Made by a program: the position numbers and the translations under genes. From positions 32,001 to 96,000 of IMG/VR virus record IMGVR_UViG_3300021138_000002: a stretch of DNA of 64,000 bases; one strand, given 5' to 3'. This stretch comes from a virus. How positions within the stretch are numbered: the first letter of the stretch is position 1; the number at the start of each line of letters is the position of its first letter. The notes below the pieces were generated by a model, which was not told where the DNA came from, searched no databases, and worked only from the letters and a program-made list of their open reading frames with translations. This document shows, one piece after another, positions 59,688 through 64,000 of this stretch.

Positions 59688-59708
59688 ATATGATAATAGG
59701 ATAATAAC

Positions 59709-62700
59709 ATGACAAATCGTTTTCCACTAATATCTAATGCAACAGCAAATCAGATACAAGAAATCGCCGTTGGCGATTTTCTAGATTTAAGCCAAAGTGG
59801 TATAGCCAACAGCGGTAATATTACAGTAGCTTCCGGTAGCTTTTTTATCGGAGACGGATCAAAACTAACCGGAGTAACTGCCGAAGGAGCAAATGCTGCT
59901 GAGCTGATAGGAAATACTCTCAGTTCTAATGTGCTTTTTTCAAGTTTAACCTCGGTGGGCACATTGACCACTGTTAGTGTATCGGGCAATATAGGTGGCG
60001 GAAACGTTTTAACCGGTGGCCTGATCAGTGCCAGTGGCAATATTACTGGAAATTACATATTAGGTAATGGTGCTTGTTTGACTGGTGTGATCACTAGTGT
60101 GGCCAATATCAATAACGGTACTTCAAATGTCGCAATCACCACTTCGGGTGGAAATGTCAATGTGGCAATTGCCGGCAATGCTATTGCTGCATTTACAGCC
60201 AATGGCTTGATGCCAGCTGCTAATGTCACATACAGTCTTGGATCAACTACCCAAAGATGGAAAGATCTTTGGGTCGCTAACAGTACAATTTACATGGGCA
60301 ATGTCAGTCTTGCCACAACTGGAGACACATTAACGGTCAACGGTGCTAATGTTTTAACTGGTACCAATGGTGGATTTAGCACTGCTGGCAATATCACCGG
60401 CGGTAATATTTTAAACAACGGATTGATCAGTTCAACCGGCAACAGCACAGCAGCCAATTATCAGACTGCAGGACTGGTATCAGCCACAGGTAACATTACC
60501 GGTGGCAATGTGTTAACCGGTGCTGTATCAGCTTCGGGCAACATAACTGGCGCCAACATCTTGACTGTTGGGCTAGTAAGTGCTGGCGCCAACATTACCA
60601 GTGCAACCAACATCAACGGTGGCAATTTGATTGCAACCGGTATAAACGGTTTTGTGAGTGCTAACGGTAACATTGTGACAGCATTTGGTAGTTTTATTGG
60701 AACAGCTATGTCTGTGAGTGGCAACATTGCAGGCGGCAATGTCAATACCGGCAGCATCAGTCAAACCGGCAATTTATATGTGGGCGGTAGTGCCAACATT
60801 ATCGGTAACTTGAATGTGTCGGGCAACGTGACATTCGTCAACAGCAACGTGATCACAGTCAATGACTTGTACATTGAGTTGGCCAACAATATTAACACTT
60901 ATGCCAATGCTAATTCGGCTGGATTGGCTGTTGGACCTGCCGGAAACGCATTATTCAACTGGCAATATCTTAACTCGGCTAACGCTTGGTCAACCAACAT
61001 CGGTATCAGTGCCGCAGGCAATGTCACAGTTGGCAATATTATCAACAAAGGATCTGAGACTGTTGTAGGCAATGTGATAGCAGCCGGATTCCAATATGCC
61101 AATGGTACTCCGGTACAAGGATCAGGCGCACAAGGCACAACCGGAACACAAGGCACTACTGGAGCTCAGGGCACAACCGGAGCACAAGGAACAACAGGTG
61201 CTCAAGGCACAACTGGAACACAAGGCACAACCGGAGCTCAAGGAACGCAAGGCACTACAGGTGCACAGGGAACCACAGGTGCACAGGGCACAACTGGAGC
61301 CCAGGGCACAACTGGAGCCCAGGGCACAACTGGAGCCCAGGGAACAACTGGTGCACAAGGTACAACCGGAGCCCAAGGAACCACAGGTGCACAGGGCACA
61401 ACCGGAGCACAAGGAACCACAGGAACACAAGGCACTACCGGAGCTCAAGGCACAACCGGAGCTCAAGGAACCACAGGTGCTCAAGGCACAACCGGATCAT
61501 TTAATGGCAATTTGACAGCCAATGTAAACGGCAATGGTTTCAGTATCAGCAATGTAGCTTATATCAGTACAAACAATAATATTACAGCTACCGGCAACGT
61601 AATTGGTGGCAATTTGCTTACCACTCTTGGCATCATCAGCACTGGTGGTAACATTTTTGGCTATCAAGAGTCATTGAGTGGTTCAAGTCAAGCAGCCAGC
61701 TACAGTGCCAGTGGTAACATAACCGGCGGTAACATAAACGCGGCTGTACTAATTTCGTCTGCCGGTAATGTATACGGAAACAATTTTGTAACCGCAGGTT
61801 CGGGCGGAGCATTATCGGGCACAGGTAATATAATTGGCGGTAACTTATTGACCAGTGGTGGCATAAGTGCTACCGGACAGATCAGTGCCACAGCCAACGT
61901 TACTGGTGGTAATGTCTTAACCGGCGGATTAGTTTCAGCCACAGCCAACGTTACTGGTGGCAATGTCTTAACCGGCGGATTAGTTTCAGCCACAGCCAAC
62001 GTTACTGGTGGCAATGTCATAACCGGCGGATTAGTCAGTGCCAACGGTACCATTACTGGCGGTAACATAAACACCGGTGGCGCAATATCAGCCAATGGCA
62101 ACGTCACTATAGGTACAGTTGGCTCAGGATCAGGCACCTATATTTCCGCACAAGGAAATATATCAGCTGCCAATATCATAACAACCGGTGCCAATGTAAG
62201 CAATATCATAATGCCTGGGTCGGGATATATCAGCGCCTATGGCAATATATATGGCGGTAATTTGATAGCAACCGCCGCAAGTGGATTTGTCAGTGCCAAT
62301 GGTAATATCGTGACAGCATTTGGTAGTTTTATTGGAACAGCAATGTCTGTGAGTGGCAATGTAAACAGTGGCAACATTAGAACTCTTGGTGTAGTCACAG
62401 CGTCTGGTAACGTAGTAGCGGCCGGATTCCAATATGCCAACGGTACCGCAGTACAAGGATCTGGAGCTCAAGGCACTACCGGTACACAGGGTACTACCGG
62501 AGCTCAAGGCACCACAGGTGCTCAAGGCACCACCGGTACACAGGGTACTACCGGAGCTCAAGGCACCACCGGTACACAGGGCACCACCGGTACACAGGGC
62601 ACAACTGGGGCTCAAGGCATTCAAGGTGTAGTTGGAACACAAGGTACAGTTGGCACTACGGGTGCTCAAGGAACTGTAGGTGCTCAAGGCATTCAAGGTG

Positions 62701-64000
62701 TAGTTGGAACACAAGGTGTAGTTGGAACACAAGGTACAGTTGGCACCACAGGTGCACAAGGCACAACAGGTACAACTGGATCAACCGGAGCACAGGGAAC
62801 CACAGGTGCACAAGGCACAACAGGTACAACTGGATCAACCGGTGCACAAGGAACCACAGGTGCACAAGGCACAACAGGTACAACTGGAGCACAAGGAACC
62901 ACAGGTGCACAAGGCATCACTGGATCAACCGGTCTAGGATATTCTGGATTGACATCCTCAAGTAGCCAAACTATTGCATCAAGCGGCACATTCACGCTTA
63001 CCACAAACTTGGCATCAACAGCGACAGCGTTTGCCATTGGACAACGTGTACGAGTATTCAACACACCAACTCCGGCCAACTTTATTGAGGGTACTATTGC
63101 CACGTTCTCTAGTACTTCGATGACTGTAACCATAACTAACAGCGGCGGTTCGGGAACATTCAGTGCTTGGACTATTGTTGACGCAGGTGTACAAGGTGCA
63201 CAAGGTACAACAGGTACAACCGGTAGCCAAGGTACCACAGGTAACACTGGTAGCCAAGGTACAGCTGGTACCAACGGAAACAACGGAAGCCAAGGTACAA
63301 CAGGTACTACAGGTAGCCAAGGTACCGCTGGTAACAACGGAAATAACGGAAGCCAAGGTACTGCTGGTAACAACGGAAACAACGGAAGCCAAGGTACAAC
63401 AGGTACAACCGGTAGCCAGGGTGCCACTGGACCACAGGGCAATCAGGGTAACACCGGTACACAAGGTACTACAGGTACAACCGGTAGCCAAGGCACAACA
63501 GGACCACAAGGCAATCAGGGTAATACTGGTAGCCAAGGTACTACAGGTGCAACAGGTAGCCAAGGTGCGACTGGACCACAGGGCAATCAGGGTAATACAG
63601 GTAGCCAAGGCGCAACAGGACCACAGGGCAATCAGGGTAATACAGGTAGCCAAGGTACTACAGGTGCAACAGGTAACCAAGGTAATCCGGGTAATACCGG
63701 TAGCCAAGGTACTGCTGGATCAACTGGTAGCCAAGGTGCCACAGGTCCAAGCACAGCAATCAATGCCACGGCAGTTAGTACCGGTACATACTATCCGGTA
63801 TTTGTTGCCTCAGCTGGATCAAATCAGACTCCAAGCATAAGAACCACTGCTACTGCATTCAGCTTCAATGCTGGAACCAACGTGCTTACTGTTACTGCAA
63901 CCACAGCACAATACGCCGACTTGGCAGAATGCTATGCAGCCGATGCCGAATATGCTCCTGGAACAGTAGTAGTGTTTGGTGGAACAAACGAAGTCACAAT
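59709..64000 (+). CDS. Collagen-like fibre protein (>1,430 aa, 3'-truncated) with a probable C-terminal intramolecular chaperone
   Basis: ATG at 59709 ([18 protein letters not shown]). The frame is confirmed at 61083, 62463, 63186 and 63903 ([27 protein letters not shown]). It has three G-X-Y tracts and is absent from the ORF track. Confidence 0.85.
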   Translation, partial: MTNRFPLISNATANQIQEIAVGDFLDLSQSGIANSGNITVASGSFFIGDGSKLTGVTAEGANAAELIGNTLSSNVLFSSLTSVGTLTTVSVSGNIGGGNVLTGGLISASGNITGNYILGNGACLTGVITSVANINNGTSNVAITTSGGNVNVAIAGNAIAAFTANGLMPAANVTYSLGSTTQRWKDLWVANSTIYMGNVSLATTGDTLTVNGANVLTGTNGGFSTAGNITGGNILNNGLISSTGNSTAANYQTAGLVSATGNITGGNVLTGAVSASGNITGANILTVGLVSAGANITSATNINGGNLIATGINGFVSANGNIVTAFGSFIGTAMSVSGNIAGGNVNTGSISQTGNLYVGGSANIIGNLNVSGNVTFVNSNVITVNDLYIELANNINTYANANSAGLAVGPAGNALFNWQYLNSANAWSTNIGISAAGNVTVGNIINKGSETVVGNVIAAGFQYANGTPVQGSGAQGTTGTQGTTGAQGTTGAQGTTGAQGTTGTQGTTGAQGTQGTTGAQGTTGAQGTTGAQGTTGAQGTTGAQGTTGAQGTTGAQGTTGAQGTTGAQGTTGTQGTTGAQGTTGAQGTTGAQGTTGSFNGNLTANVNGNGFSISNVAYISTNNNITATGNVIGGNLLTTLGIISTGGNIFGYQESLSGSSQAASYSASGNITGGNINAAVLISSAGNVYGNNFVTAGSGGALSGTGNIIGGNLLTSGGISATGQISATANVTGGNVLTGGLVSATANVTGGNVLTGGLVSATANVTGGNVITGGLVSANGTITGGNINTGGAISANGNVTIGTVGSGSGTYISAQGNISAANIITTGANVSNIIMPGSGYISAYGNIYGGNLIATAASGFVSANGNIVTAFGSFIGTAMSVSGNVNSGNIRTLGVVTASGNVVAAGFQYANGTAVQGSGAQGTTGTQGTTGAQGTTGAQGTTGTQGTTGAQGTTGTQGTTGTQGTTGAQGIQGVVGTQGTVGTTGAQGTVGAQGIQGVVGTQGVVGTQGTVGTTGAQGTTGTTGSTGAQGTTGAQGTTGTTGSTGAQGTTGAQGTTGTTGAQGTTGAQGITGSTGLGYSGLTSSSSQTIASSGTFTLTTNLASTATAFAIGQRVRVFNTPTPANFIEGTIATFSSTSMTVTITNSGGSGTFSAWTIVDAGVQGAQGTTGTTGSQGTTGNTGSQGTAGTNGNNGSQGTTGTTGSQGTAGNNGNNGSQGTAGNNGNNGSQGTTGTTGSQGATGPQGNQGNTGTQGTTGTTGSQGTTGPQGNQGNTGSQGTTGATGSQGATGPQGNQGNTGSQGATGPQGNQGNTGSQGTTGATGNQGNPGNTGSQGTAGSTGSQGATGPSTAINATAVSTGTYYPVFVASAGSNQTPSIRTTATAFSFNAGTNVLTVTATTAQYADLAECYAADAEYAPGTVVVFGGTNEVT
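61125..61500 (+). repeat. Collagen G-X-Y tract 1 (GAQGTT)n
   Basis: 18 nt degenerate tandem unit. Confidence 0.9.
61891..62034 (+). repeat. Near-identical 51 nt (17 aa) tandem repeat, about 3 copies
   Basis: Unit CAGCCAACGTTACTGGTGGYAATGTCWTAACCGGCGGATTAGTTTCAGCCA. Confidence 0.85.
62463..62933 (+). repeat. Collagen G-X-Y tract 2
   Basis: [12 protein letters not shown] triplets. Confidence 0.9.
63186..63750 (+). repeat. Collagen G-X-Y tract 3
   Basis: [15 protein letters not shown] triplets. Confidence 0.9.

Noticed and set aside
61125-63750. Tandem repeats as a possible CRISPR array or DGR repeats
   Set aside because: Units are multiples of 3, in frame and synonymous-degenerate, with no unique spacers. 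No cas or reverse transcriptase gene is present, and differences are not adenine-specific.
50180-63840. Pro/Val-rich minus-strand ORFs and alternative-frame ORFs in the fibre and collagen genes
   Set aside because: They arise because repetitive Gly/Asn/Thr codons lack stops in other frames.
1-64000. Stop-codon reassignment, as in some jumbo phages
   Set aside because: Core genes translate full length in code 11, and TAA, TGA and TAG are all used as stops.
1-64000. tRNA, rRNA or tmRNA genes
   Set aside because: No cloverleaf or T-arm GTTCRA context was seen in the intergenic gaps. This was not checked with tRNAscan.

Overview
This window is a 64 kb stretch of a large, T4-like (myovirus, probably jumbo) dsDNA phage genome read in the standard code. 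1-22.9 kb (minus strand) is a baseplate module: a giant ORF of more than 3,550 aa that the ORF track misses, then gp6-, gp25-, gp5/VgrG-, hub-, gp53- and tube-initiator-like genes. 23-32.7 kb (plus) holds the late sigma factor gp55, gp47/Mre11 and gp46/Rad50, interleaved with four radical SAM genes, followed by a GIY-YIG nuclease and a ~430 nt heavily base-paired non-coding element. 33.1-35.5 kb (minus) is a gp26/gp51-like chaperone pair joined by a -1 slippery site, followed by DUF1415-like, aminoacyl-tRNA-protein-transferase-like and DUF6614-like genes. 35.5-43.7 kb has the tape measure (with a muralytic domain), portal, core proteins, prohead protease, scaffold and major capsid. 43.8-64 kb has capsid-decoration-like proteins, two glycosyltransferases and a modular set of Gly/Asn/Thr-rich fibres with repeated adaptor genes, ending in a collagen-like fibre. 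The best candidates for new biology are the GIY-YIG plus structured RNA locus, the phage aa-tRNA transferase operon, the radical SAM cluster, the fibre-adaptor chain and late virion glycosylation. All family calls come from motifs recognised by eye; no searches were run.
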